A DNA stretch of 64,000 nucleotides from an uncultured virus (IMG/VR IMGVR_UViG_3300017990_000011) (taxonomy: Duplodnaviria > Heunggongvirae > Uroviricota > Caudoviricetes): IMG/VR virus record IMGVR_UViG_3300017990_000011; one strand, written 5' to 3'. Of this stretch, positions 50,206 through 60,672 are shown piece after piece. Both the position numbers and the translations under genes were made by a program. Each line of letters starts with the position of its first letter. Position 1 is the stretch's first letter. Below the pieces are notes generated by a model. The model was not told the origin of the DNA and searched no databases. It saw only the letters and a program-made list of their open reading frames with translations.

Positions 50206-50698
50206 GAGGCCACATGGGAACTGGTAAATTCAAAGAGATTGATGGTTTGAAGTACGAGGAAGAGGGGCCATACTGTATTCTATGTGGAGCCCACATGGGT
50301 ATGTACTATTGTTCTGATGGTGAACCGACATTCCTCAATCCTCATGGCTGGGAAGGCTATGGTAATAATAACTGCCCACAATGTAATGCGAGTTATCCTT
50401 ATGAAGAGGGTGTAGATTTAGAACTTACTATAGAGGATTTAAACGCTATTCGCAAAGCACGTGGCATCGAAGCAGGAGTAGCTTTGCCGTGGAAAAAACA
50501 GTGGGAGGATTAGTATGGAAAAGATATATGCCCTCGTTTGGACTAGCCAAAGTTTACAAACAATTCATGAAGTATTGTTCAGGACTAGGGAGAGAGCGCA
50601 AAGCGTCGCAGACAAAACAAATGCGGAAATACCTTGGTGGAAACGGAGGCTCTTTGCCCTTAAATGGATAGTTCGTGAATACAAGTTGGAGGATTAAT

Positions 50699-51757
50699 AT
50701 GTATAAAATCGGTGCAGTACCAGGTAAATTCTTTTTGCCGCACCGAGGACATATCTACCAAATTATCCGTGCTGCCACATTATGCGAAAAACTGTATGTG
50801 GTAGTATCGGATAATGAGGATATCGCCCTCGACAAGTGTCGTAAAGATAACCTGCCTTATGTTCCTATCAAAACCCGAGCTCTTTGGATGTCATTGGAGC
50901 TACAAAACATTAGCCACATCAAAGTAATTACTCTGGATGAAACTGGTATTCCAGAATATCCAGATGGTAGTGAAAAGTGGTGTGAAATGCTCAGAAACGC
51001 TATCCCTGAACAACTCGACGTTATTTTCGGGGGAGAAGAGGAATATCAACACACCTACATGAAATTTATGCCTGGTGTTAAGTATGATGTCTTCGATTAC
51101 GCCAGAAGTCGTTATCCGATAAGCGGTACTGAGATTCGGCATAACTATCTGGAACATTGGGACTATATTCTTGGTCCAGCGAGACCTCTTTTTGCTAGAA
51201 GGGTCTTAATTGCTGGTACAGAAAGCTGTGGTAAGACAACCTTGGTTAAATACCTTGGAAAGATCTTCCATACATCATGGGCCGAAGAATACGGACGCTA
51301 CTACTCCCGAGATTGTTTGGGAGGCAACGAAGATCTCTTTTCTATCGAGGACTTCGAGAAAATTGCTATAAAACAACGTGAGTGGGATGAAAATGCGCTT
51401 AGAACCGCAAATAGAATTGCATTCTTTGATTCTGATGCTGTTATTACCCAATATTACTGTGAATTGTATATGGGACAGCCTAATCCTAAATTAGAGGCGT
51501 TTGTTGACCCTCAAAAATATGACGTAGTGCTTTTTCTAGCCCCTACGGTAAAATGGGTGCCTGATGGACTGAGGCTTAAGGGCACAGACGGCATGCGGAA
51601 ACGGCTACACCAGAAGTTGCTGTATATGTACTATGATAGGGGATTTAAGGATAAAATCATCGAAATCGACGATCCTGAATACGATGTACGTCTTCAAAGA
51701 GCTATGTCTATCTCAGATATGCTCCTAGGAGACCGAAACTATAAAAGTCGTTATTAG
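50699..51757 (+). CDS. nadR: NadR-type NMN adenylyltransferase / ribosylnicotinamide kinase (no HTH)
   Basis: GKFFLPHRGH (HxGH); ISGTEIR; P-loop GTESCGKTT; EYGRYY; WVPDGLR. Confidence 0.92.
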   Translation: MYKIGAVPGKFFLPHRGHIYQIIRAATLCEKLYVVVSDNEDIALDKCRKDNLPYVPIKTRALWMSLELQNISHIKVITLDETGIPEYPDGSEKWCEMLRNAIPEQLDVIFGGEEEYQHTYMKFMPGVKYDVFDYARSRYPISGTEIRHNYLEHWDYILGPARPLFARRVLIAGTESCGKTTLVKYLGKIFHTSWAEEYGRYYSRDCLGGNEDLFSIEDFEKIAIKQREWDENALRTANRIAFFDSDAVITQYYCELYMGQPNPKLEAFVDPQKYDVVLFLAPTVKWVPDGLRLKGTDGMRKRLHQKLLYMYYDRGFKDKIIEIDDPEYDVRLQRAMSISDMLLGDRNYKSRY

Positions 51758-51961
51758 GAGGTGTAATATGTTCAGATGGCTGAGAAATATATTCCCCAGC
51801 TTCAAAGATCTAGGTAAATTCGAATATGAGTGTCCCAGGTGCCATAATGGCAATGTAGTAGCCAAGATGTATGGTACATACGATCAATTCGAAGAAGGTG
51901 CCTGTACCACATGTGAGTATAAGTACAATGGACTCACGGAGGATTATATACAGGAGGCAAC

Positions 51962-52414
51962 ATGATAAGAATAGGTCTGGATCTACATGGTGTGGTTGAC
52001 GAAGATCCAAAGTTTTTCACTGACCTCAGTGCCCTTATGCTCGAAAATGAAAATGAAGTGTATATAGTGACAGGGCGCGAAGAGTGCTCCGGTCTTAATA
52101 AGGAATTATCTCTTTTAGGAATGGAAAACGAAGGTGGTAAACTATATAATGGTATATTATCTATTACTACTTATCAAAAGGGCATCGGAACGCCTATTGC
52201 CTATCTTAATGGCCGAAAATCACAACCAATGATGGATCCAAGAATATGGAACCCAACAAAAGCCATGCTGTGTGCTACAGCAGGTATTAATATAATGATA
52301 GATGATTCTGCAATCTACGAAGAGTTTTTTCGTGATATAAAAACACAGTATATAATCTACACACCTGAAATAAAGCATTTCTTAAAAGAGATGTTCTACT
52401 ATGGAGGAATCTAG
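51962..52414 (+). CDS. HAD-superfamily phosphatase-like protein
   Basis: IGLDLHGVVD; IVTGR; MIDDS. Confidence 0.65.
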   Translation: MIRIGLDLHGVVDEDPKFFTDLSALMLENENEVYIVTGREECSGLNKELSLLGMENEGGKLYNGILSITTYQKGIGTPIAYLNGRKSQPMMDPRIWNPTKAMLCATAGINIMIDDSAIYEEFFRDIKTQYIIYTPEIKHFLKEMFYYGGI

Positions 52415-52972
52415 ATGAAAGTATTAATCGTAGTAGACATGTTAAATGATTTTTGTCATGAAGATGGTATTCTGGCAAAATCCATCATCACCGGCGAGTA
52501 TTATGCCAAACCCATCATTCCCAATATCATGAAAAAGATAGCGACCTATCGCCAGGATAAAGCCATCATCATATACCTCTGTGATGCTCATGCACCAGAT
52601 GATGAGGAATTCAAACGCTTTCCGCCACACTGCGTAAAGGATACTTGGGGTGCTCGCATCATAGAAGAGCTGAATCCTGCTTTGATACATTCATCCAACA
52701 ATGAGATGGTTATCGAAAAGACCAGATACAGTGGTTTCTATAATACTACACTAAACTATGTTATCCAAGCGATGAAGGCCAGTTTCATGTCCTTTGAAGT
52801 CGTCGGTGTTTGCAGCAGTATCTGTGTTATGGACACTGTGGGCGGTCTGGCAAATCGGGACTACGATATCGTAGTGGATAGGGGTTGTATTGCGGATTTT
52901 GACCCTGAAATGCATGAAATGTCTCTCAAGAGGATGGAAAACCTCTACGGAGTTAAAATCATAGGTGAATAA
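52415..52972 (+). CDS. pncA: nicotinamidase / isochorismatase-family cysteine hydrolase
   Basis: VVDMLNDF; DAH; FPPHCV; KTRYSGF; ICV; adjacent to pncB. Confidence 0.85.
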   Translation: MKVLIVVDMLNDFCHEDGILAKSIITGEYYAKPIIPNIMKKIATYRQDKAIIIYLCDAHAPDDEEFKRFPPHCVKDTWGARIIEELNPALIHSSNNEMVIEKTRYSGFYNTTLNYVIQAMKASFMSFEVVGVCSSICVMDTVGGLANRDYDIVVDRGCIADFDPEMHEMSLKRMENLYGVKIIGE

Positions 52973-54173
52973 AATGATCAAGAGTCTTCTGGACACTGAT
53001 TTTTACACTTTTACTATGATGCAGGGTATTTTTCACAGATATACTGCTGCAGAGGCGGAGTTTGAGTTCAAGTGGCGAAATTGGGATCTGATGAACCTGA
53101 AAATCTCGATGGATGACTTCATAGGCCGCTTGAAAAAGCATGTAAACGCTCTGTGTGAATTGCAATTCACCACTGATGAGCTTGCATACCTCTATGACAT
53201 CCCTTTCATGAAGCCGGACTTTGTAGAGTATCTAAGGCTCTTTAAACTCAATCGCGGGCATGTTCGTATCTCAAATGAGGATGGTATGCTTGCAATTAGA
53301 ATTCGAGGTCCGCTTTTAAATCTAATTTGCTTTGAAGAGCCCCTTTTAGCCATGATTAGTGAGCTTTATACCAAAAATTGTGGTGAAATTGCCTTCAATT
53401 GGCAACAAAAGGGCAAAGAACTCCTAAATGCAAAATTGGACTTCATAGAGAGTCAACTTCATCGAGATATGGACTTCAAATTTGCGGATTTCGGTACTAG
53501 GCGACGTGCGGGATTCGAATGGCATGATTTCATCTTAAAGACCATTCTGGAAAGGTGTCCACATCGATTAACCGGTACTAGTAACGTATATTTCGCCAAA
53601 AAGTACGGAATCAACTATATCGGCACAATGGCACACTTATGGGTCCAAATTCATCAACAATTAGGTCCCAGATTGGTTGATAGTCAGTCAGCTGCCCTCC
53701 AGGCCTGGGCAGATGAATATAGAGGTGAATTGGGGATAGCTTTGTCAGATACATTGGGATTTGATGCATTTTTGGTCGATTTTGACCGATATTTTGCATT
53801 ATTGTTCGATGGTTGTCGTCATGATTCAGGAAATCCCATTGTTTGGTGTGATAAGTTAATACACCACTATAGACATCTTCGTATAGACCCGAAGACCAAA
53901 ACTGCGGTATTCAGTGATGGTCTTACCTTCGACACCGCTGTAGCGCTCTATGAGATGTTCTGTGGTCGTATTCAAACATCTTTTGGTATTGGAACTTATC
54001 TAACCAATGATTGTGGGTTTAGAGCACCACAAATCGTTATCAAAAACACCAAAGTGAATGGCAACCCAACAGCCAAAATTTCAGACAGTCCTGGAAAGGG
54101 TATGTGCAAGGATGAAAGCTTTTTGGACTATCTTAAAGGTGTTATAACCAATAAAGTAGAAAGGAGAGTATAA
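52965..54173 (+). CDS. pncB: nicotinate phosphoribosyltransferase
   Basis: LLDTDFYTFTM; ADFGTRRR; GTSNV; GTMAH; RHDSG; FSDGL; FGIGTYLTND; KISDSPGK. Confidence 0.95.
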   Translation: MNKMIKSLLDTDFYTFTMMQGIFHRYTAAEAEFEFKWRNWDLMNLKISMDDFIGRLKKHVNALCELQFTTDELAYLYDIPFMKPDFVEYLRLFKLNRGHVRISNEDGMLAIRIRGPLLNLICFEEPLLAMISELYTKNCGEIAFNWQQKGKELLNAKLDFIESQLHRDMDFKFADFGTRRRAGFEWHDFILKTILERCPHRLTGTSNVYFAKKYGINYIGTMAHLWVQIHQQLGPRLVDSQSAALQAWADEYRGELGIALSDTLGFDAFLVDFDRYFALLFDGCRHDSGNPIVWCDKLIHHYRHLRIDPKTKTAVFSDGLTFDTAVALYEMFCGRIQTSFGIGTYLTNDCGFRAPQIVIKNTKVNGNPTAKISDSPGKGMCKDESFLDYLKGVITNKVERRV

Positions 54174-55193
54174 AATGTTTGGGAAAAGGGAAAAACGGAT
54201 GACTGACAATGATTTCAGCAAAGCAGCCGTAATGCAGTCACTTCACAAAATGTTCCGTGTCGGCGGTCATTTCAACATTTGTGATTTCGACAGACAGGCC
54301 AAGGTTATGGGTGTCGAGATACCCGAAGAGGAGCGTGAAAGACTGTCTTTGTTTCACTGTATTAGCTGGAGTGAAATGAACCATGAGCTCAGGGACGAGA
54401 TCTGTGCACGTGTTATCGAGGTTCTCACCGGCGAACGTGTTGAATTGAGTAAAAATGAGATCATCGAACTCTTTGCTGGAGTTGATAGGAAGAAGGTCGG
54501 TGGGAAGGTTTATAGGCTCTTGAAAGCAGGTGAAAATAATGAATAAAGATGTTATTTCATCTGGTCATACAGATGCCGAGTGCTATGCTATGTTTTATGG
54601 CACAAAAGAAGAGGTTGACGCCAAACAGAAAGACTATCTACGTCAATACCACCCTTTTGGGTATAACACCCGAACCGCCTATAAAAGGAAAGAAGGTGGG
54701 GAATGGGTATGTCGCATGACTCGGTGGCATTCATGTGATTAGGAGGTAAAGATGATTGGATGTAAGGTTATATCGATAGCTGAGAGCGAGCCAGACGTCG
54801 AAAAAAGCGATACAAAGCGCTTTATTGATGCTGGATATAGGGAACGTGAATTTGACAAAGCCTTGGCTAAATTAGGCAATATAGAGCTCATAGCCGTAAC
54901 TGTCGACAGGGATAAATATGCAGTCAATTATACATTAATTTACGAGGTGTAAAGTGTACTTCGAACCAACGAAATGTTTTTCCATAAACAGCTATAACCT
55001 ACATGGTACATCTAGAATGGTATCCAGACAGTATGAAAATATTGCTGAAGCAGTGCATAAGGTTATTGCCGAAGACTCATGGTGCAGTAAAGACCCTGTA
55101 GTATTCGCAGACATAAAACACCCAATTAAATCAGCTGTTCCATTAACCACGCGTGCATAAGCATGCTACAACCGCACAGAAAGGAGGCAACTC

Positions 55194-55799
55194 ATGTCTA
55201 CTCAGATGCAACTGGCAGAGGACGTAAAATACATGAAACCTATAACGATGCCCGATGGGAGCACGATCGAGGTGCCGATCAAAAAGACACCTTACGAGAT
55301 GTATGGTCCCCCGCTACCGTCCGGCCTTGAGCTGACCGACGCGACCATTGCTGAAAAAGCGGAAAAGATCGCTGCTGACGCCGGCAGCCATGTCATCCGG
55401 TATATTCGCAGGGCCCCGGCTGTTGCTGTACGTACAGTGAAAGTCGATGATGACAAATCGTTCAAACAGGCGTATGTTGCCAAAGGACATCCCTACGGTG
55501 TTCTCCTGGCGTTCAAAGATGGAGACAAGCTCCTTGTGGGCTGGTCTCAGCACAATCAGGCTATCGTGGATGAAGAATCTGGCGAGCGTCTCGAAAAGCT
55601 CCCCTTCACCCGCCAAGATGCCCTGAAGGTGGCTGCCATGCGTGCATTGGCAGATGAGGTTATTATCAAGAAGAAATCCGCCTTCACCTCCGGCGGTCAA
55701 GTTCTTCCTGATAATGTATGCCGAGAGATGAAGACATTCGTCGAGCGTGCAGAGCGCTACTACAAACTCGACGCTGCAAATGTTTCCATCCTCGGATAG
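55194..55799 (+). CDS. hypothetical protein (GC-rich codon usage, possibly highly expressed)
   Basis: SD AAGGAGG; followed by hairpin GGGGCCC-AGAA-GGGCCCC. Confidence 0.7.
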   Translation: MSTQMQLAEDVKYMKPITMPDGSTIEVPIKKTPYEMYGPPLPSGLELTDATIAEKAEKIAADAGSHVIRYIRRAPAVAVRTVKVDDDKSFKQAYVAKGHPYGVLLAFKDGDKLLVGWSQHNQAIVDEESGERLEKLPFTRQDALKVAAMRALADEVIIKKKSAFTSGGQVLPDNVCREMKTFVERAERYYKLDAANVSILG

Positions 55800-56558
55800 T
55801 GTTGTTGTTTTTTGTAGATGAAGGTATGCTGTAATAAGGGGCCCAGAAGGGCCCCTTGTTATTAGAAAGGAGGAAAGTCATGTCTCACAAAGTTCAATAT
55901 TATAATGAAAGCCCTCCACTTGATGAAGAAGATGTATCTCCAGGTATAAGAAAGAAATTACTGGAGGTAGCAGCGACCAACGCTGAAGACGATTACATCT
56001 TCGCCTCAGAGGTAAATGAGACTGAAGAAGGTCTCGAGCTAATCATGGGTGATGGTACTCAATTCGTCGTAACTTGCAAAAAGGTGAAATAATGCTGAAT
56101 CCGATTTCAAATACTGCTAAAGAAAGACTCAGAAAACACGGTATTATCTTACTAAAACCTTTAAAAGATGTACCCAAGAGTATGGCGGCAATGGTGGAAT
56201 GGGAAACAGAGCCATACAACATCTTTTATTCGGCTAAATCTGATCAAATGTTACATCTTTTTACTGCTGAAATAACTGTTAGTAGGAAAATTGCAGCATT
56301 GCGTAATCTGTCCTTACCAGAAAGGTCTGATTTAATAAAAGATGAACCTATGATGACAGCTATGATGGAATATACTCTGGAAAAATTCGCTAAATGGGGT
56401 ATGTATCTTAAGAAAAAGTGGGCTATTGCTGATTCATGCCTACCCCATTTTGATGTTGCATTGAGAAACACAGGGTATGCCAAGATGGTCCTTGGAACAA
56501 TGGAAAACACTGATACAGAAATATGGCATCGTGGTCGGAAACTTCTCGAGGAGGAAAA

Positions 56559-57299
56559 ATGAAATTTGACGTAGGTCGTTTTGAAATCCGCACACCAAGT
56601 GCTGTCGATATTATGGCAATACTGGTGATCATCGTCATGAGTATAGTGAGTGTATCCTTGTGGGAAACAAACAAGAACCATGAGATAGTCATACAACAGT
56701 GGTCAGACAACTATGATTTATGGATGAAGGAGAAAGAAGAACTTCAGGGCGGGATGATAGTCTATAAAGACAGCTACGAAGAACTGATAGCTAAAGCCTG
56801 GCATAATTCAGACGATCTCATCGCTTATATTGATTCTGAATACACACACGTTCCCCAGGAGGTAGCTAAAGCTATAGCTGATGCAATAGCGTCCACTCTT
56901 GAGAAACACAAGATGGATTTCTCACTAGTGGTAGGAATGATAGAAGTTGAATCACGCTTCAACCCAATGGCTAGATCTAAGAAAGGTGCTGTGGGACTTA
57001 TGCAGATTATGCCTAATATTTGGGGTAAGGAGTTGTGCGTTGCCACTGAGAAAGAATTCTACGATATCAGTACTAACATAGAGTGTGGAGTAAAAGTCTT
57101 TCTTCATAATCTTGAAAGATCTAATGGAGATATAGGCGAGGCTCTATGGCGTTACAATGGCACAGGTGGTAAAAAGGGTGAGTTTGCCGGCTTAGTATAC
57201 AAAGCAGTAGGTAAATTCGAAACATTCAGAGCTATAAAAAATGGAGAATATGAAAGTGACCAACAAGAGCCCACAGAAGTCACAGTATCCCTCGATTAA
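56559..57299 (+). CDS. membrane-anchored lytic transglycosylase (SLT domain)
   Basis: IEVESRFNPMARSKKGAVGLMQIMP; NIECG; ALWRYNG; N-terminal TM. Confidence 0.9.
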   Translation: MKFDVGRFEIRTPSAVDIMAILVIIVMSIVSVSLWETNKNHEIVIQQWSDNYDLWMKEKEELQGGMIVYKDSYEELIAKAWHNSDDLIAYIDSEYTHVPQEVAKAIADAIASTLEKHKMDFSLVVGMIEVESRFNPMARSKKGAVGLMQIMPNIWGKELCVATEKEFYDISTNIECGVKVFLHNLERSNGDIGEALWRYNGTGGKKGEFAGLVYKAVGKFETFRAIKNGEYESDQQEPTEVTVSLD

Positions 57300-57792
57300 A
57301 AGTTTTCTGGTTCAGAATAAAGAATCAGAAGATCAATCCCTTCATAATAAACTTCTCGATGTAAATATGCGATTGTTTGACAGCAACAGAGAATATTATA
57401 GTATTATAGTACTAGTAATAGGCTATATGAAGAAGTTATTTGCAACAAACTTCTCTGACTATAGCCAGTTAAAAGGTATCTCTGGTGCTAATATCGGTAT
57501 TCCTATCAACATCATCGGCTTTGTCGATCAGCTTGGTAAAGTCCGAATCATGATAAACCCATCCATAAAGACACATTCCAAAAGAAAACAGATGGTATCA
57601 TCCAATTGTGGTTCCCTAGTATTACGTAAGGCTGTCAAAGTAGAGCGTAGTTGTAGGGTTCTTGTCGAATACTACGATGAAGATGGTAAAAAGAACAATA
57701 ATTTTTTCGAAGATAGGGATGCCTTTGTGATACAACATGAAATTGATCATAATAATGGTATATTGATTATCGATAGAGAAAAGAGGGAATAA
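57241..57792 (+). CDS. divergent peptide deformylase homologue
   Basis: QHEIDHNNG intact; motif 1 GISGANIG and motif 2 SNCGS altered. Confidence 0.75.
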   Translation: MENMKVTNKSPQKSQYPSIKSFLVQNKESEDQSLHNKLLDVNMRLFDSNREYYSIIVLVIGYMKKLFATNFSDYSQLKGISGANIGIPINIIGFVDQLGKVRIMINPSIKTHSKRKQMVSSNCGSLVLRKAVKVERSCRVLVEYYDEDGKKNNNFFEDRDAFVIQHEIDHNNGILIIDREKRE

Positions 57793-59003
57793 TGCTAGTT
57801 ATCCAATCATTCTTAGATAGATTTAAAGAAAGTACTGAAGAAGGCCATAAATGGTTGAAGAATCAGCACCCAGTAGACATCACCCTCGATGTCTTGTCAT
57901 CAAAACTTGAGGCGCATCATCAGATATTAGATGATGTGTTTTTGATCAACCACAATGGTACTAGTAATTATCACACGAAAGTCAGTGATGAGTGTGTTGG
58001 TCTTATCTTGGATAGAGAACATAGTGTTGTGAGCAGATCGCTTAACCGAATACATATTGATGGCCGTCAATCTGCCCCCGCTATGGACTGGACTCGTGTA
58101 TTCATTGAGCCTGAATATGATGGTAAACTAGTAACATTCTACTATTATAAAGGCACTTGGTACATGCAGACCATGGGTAGTGTACAAGGTGGAGAGTTGG
58201 CAGATCTACCTGATAGGTCTGTGTCTTATAGAACATGTGTTCTGGATTATCTACGTGATAATAAAATAGCCAGTGATTTCAATGATCTGTTCAAAACAGT
58301 ATCCAAACAGGCTTGTTTTGTGTGTATATACACTCATCCGCAGTTGCATATATGTGGACCGCATGGTAAAGAGGAGTTGTTATTGTTGACTGTTATGGAT
58401 AAAATTCCTGGAAGATTGCATTCAATGGATCAAATGTTTCCGGCATATGTTGATGAACTTGCTGACATGTTGGGATTAAATAGACCATCTTCTCTACAGA
58501 CAAACAGCAGGGCGGCAGCGATAAATTGTGCTGAACATCTACCGGCCTGGCGCAAAGGTATTATAGTTCAAGATTCTAACTATACCAGAGTAAAAATACA
58601 GAATCCTAAATTTAAACCAATAACTAGGCTGTTGAGAGCTGGAGATAAATTCACAAAGAATCAACTGATCAGAATGTTTTTAACTGGTGCCGGTGATGAG
58701 GTTGCAAAGTTAGAGGGTAGATATAACGAGCCTCTGAAACTATTCAACAGAATGGTGGATATCAGGTTTAAAACAACTAAAGAATTGTTTGACAAGAATA
58801 AAGACAGCACCTCACAGAAGGAATTTGCTGAAGCAGTAAACCATAGTTTACTAAACTATATTATATTTCATGTAAGAAAAAATGGACCAATAGATAGACC
58901 TACATTTATAAATATGATAAAACCAGATGCAGTCGAAGGCTTTATTAAAAATATAGGAGAACTTGATGCTTTCAAGAGATCTATTGAAAAAGCAATGGGC
59001 TAA
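57792..59003 (+). CDS. T4 Rnl1-like RNA ligase fold, catalytic motifs degenerate
   Basis: ECVGLILD; EPEYDGKLV (motif I); RKGIIV (motif IV); RVKIQNP (motif V). Confidence 0.65.
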   Translation: MLVIQSFLDRFKESTEEGHKWLKNQHPVDITLDVLSSKLEAHHQILDDVFLINHNGTSNYHTKVSDECVGLILDREHSVVSRSLNRIHIDGRQSAPAMDWTRVFIEPEYDGKLVTFYYYKGTWYMQTMGSVQGGELADLPDRSVSYRTCVLDYLRDNKIASDFNDLFKTVSKQACFVCIYTHPQLHICGPHGKEELLLLTVMDKIPGRLHSMDQMFPAYVDELADMLGLNRPSSLQTNSRAAAINCAEHLPAWRKGIIVQDSNYTRVKIQNPKFKPITRLLRAGDKFTKNQLIRMFLTGAGDEVAKLEGRYNEPLKLFNRMVDIRFKTTKELFDKNKDSTSQKEFAEAVNHSLLNYIIFHVRKNGPIDRPTFINMIKPDAVEGFIKNIGELDAFKRSIEKAMG

Positions 59004-59034
59004 AGCGACTTTTCTTCTGGAAAGGAGTTCCGTA

Positions 59035-59823
59035 ATGAGCAGTAAGAAACCTAAAGTTGAGTGGTATAAGCAAACGAACAGCCTCAATGAGATATATCAA
59101 CAAACTGGAATGTTCTTCAGTTTTGTCACTTCGCCGAAGGATGGGTTAAAACAATGCCATCAGTGGGTAAAATGTAGAGATTATCTACATGATGCTGTGA
59201 GAGCTTGTCATACTGGCCAAAAATTCAGAATATATGGATTCTTCTATGACCCCGACGTAAATCCTAGAATCGATTTAGAAAAGATGAGGATGCTTGTGTC
59301 AAGAGATTCATTAGATAAAACAAGTCTGCCAGAGATGAAGGCATCCATGAAACGATCTCTTATACTTCTTAACCACTATGAGAAGCTCATGTCAATTGGA
59401 CTCTCGAAAGTCGAAGAAGTAAAGGGCGGTGCCAAAAAATACAACTGGATGTTCACTTCATCCAAGGGGTGGTTGAAATCCCCACATCTTGTATCTATGT
59501 ATACGTTCCTCATCCGTCTTGGTGTGAAAGAAATCAAGTTTAAGACCAACGCGCAGCTTAAAAAGGAATTAAAGAGACTGAGTGCATCTGGCGGCGATAA
59601 TGACAGCACCTATCTCACATCAATGTGGAATCATCTTGACTGGGTAGCCAAGAACTATAAGAAATATCTACTAGGTAAAGATGGTATTGATAGTATATAC
59701 CTCAATAAAGACATAACGATTAACAGTTTTCACAATTCTGGTGGCATTAAGAGCCTTATAGACTGTTGTACACCGTTGTCTGAACGCAACGATGAAATTA
59801 GAAAATTAATCAAAAAGAAGTAA
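59035..59823 (+). CDS. uncharacterised protein, paralogue of 18521 and 59839
   Basis: FSFVTSP; CRDYLHD; WLKSPHLVSMYTFLIRLG; GGIKSL. Confidence 0.75.
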   Translation: MSSKKPKVEWYKQTNSLNEIYQQTGMFFSFVTSPKDGLKQCHQWVKCRDYLHDAVRACHTGQKFRIYGFFYDPDVNPRIDLEKMRMLVSRDSLDKTSLPEMKASMKRSLILLNHYEKLMSIGLSKVEEVKGGAKKYNWMFTSSKGWLKSPHLVSMYTFLIRLGVKEIKFKTNAQLKKELKRLSASGGDNDSTYLTSMWNHLDWVAKNYKKYLLGKDGIDSIYLNKDITINSFHNSGGIKSLIDCCTPLSERNDEIRKLIKKK

Positions 59824-59838
59824 TAGGAGTGTGTAGTT

Positions 59839-60660
59839 ATGGCGAAAGCTAAAAAGAAACTGATACGTGTTAAAAAGTGGCCAGCGGATGAAGGTAATCC
59901 TTATGGGTACAACAAACCACAGTTTGCATGGATGTCACCACCAGTTGAGGGTGTCAGAACTCAGTTGACTCCATTTGTATATTGTCGAGAACAGGTCACA
60001 GCACAAGCACATGCGGCTATGAATGATAAACGTCACAACGATTTCAAGCCTTCAGAAGGATACAATTTCGATAAGGAAAAAGTCCGCATCCTTATTGCTA
60101 GAGACCCCAAGGACTTCAATGAATTCAGAGATAAGCTTTTTAATGCGAAGGCTGTGATGAATGTATATGAAGACATCGCCGGGTGGGATCAGAGTAAAAT
60201 CACCACCGTTAAACATGAGATACACGACAATGTGTGGTTGTTAACTGGCCCTGGTGGTTGGTTAATGTCACCTCAATTGATATCAACATTTACTTTTATT
60301 CTTCGTCTTGGTGCAGAATATGGTCCATTTGATGTAGATGGTGGTATCGATTCAGTAGAGCGGGATTTCAAAGCTCTTGTCTCTGAACACCAAGGTAAAG
60401 ATGGGCACGGTGATATCACCAGATATCTTCGCAGTTTCAGAAATGAGATATATATCTTATTGAAGTACCATAAAGAACTCTTTGGTAAAGAAGACCATAA
60501 GAAATTGTGGGCACCGAAAGCTGGATCATCAAACATTGGTGTGTATGGCGGAATGCTAAGCTTCTGCTCCACTTATGGAAATAACAGTGATTTTCAGTAT
60601 AAACGTTTGAAGAAAAATTTCATCAAGCTCTGCAAAGAGCATTTACCTAGAAAGAAGTGA
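59839..60660 (+). CDS. uncharacterised protein, paralogue of 18521 and 59035
   Basis: FAWMSPP; CREQV; WLLTGPGGWLMSPQLISTFTFILRLG; GGMLSFC. Confidence 0.75.
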   Translation: MAKAKKKLIRVKKWPADEGNPYGYNKPQFAWMSPPVEGVRTQLTPFVYCREQVTAQAHAAMNDKRHNDFKPSEGYNFDKEKVRILIARDPKDFNEFRDKLFNAKAVMNVYEDIAGWDQSKITTVKHEIHDNVWLLTGPGGWLMSPQLISTFTFILRLGAEYGPFDVDGGIDSVERDFKALVSEHQGKDGHGDITRYLRSFRNEIYILLKYHKELFGKEDHKKLWAPKAGSSNIGVYGGMLSFCSTYGNNSDFQYKRLKKNFIKLCKEHLPRKK

Positions 60661-60672
60661 GGAGGAAGAGAG

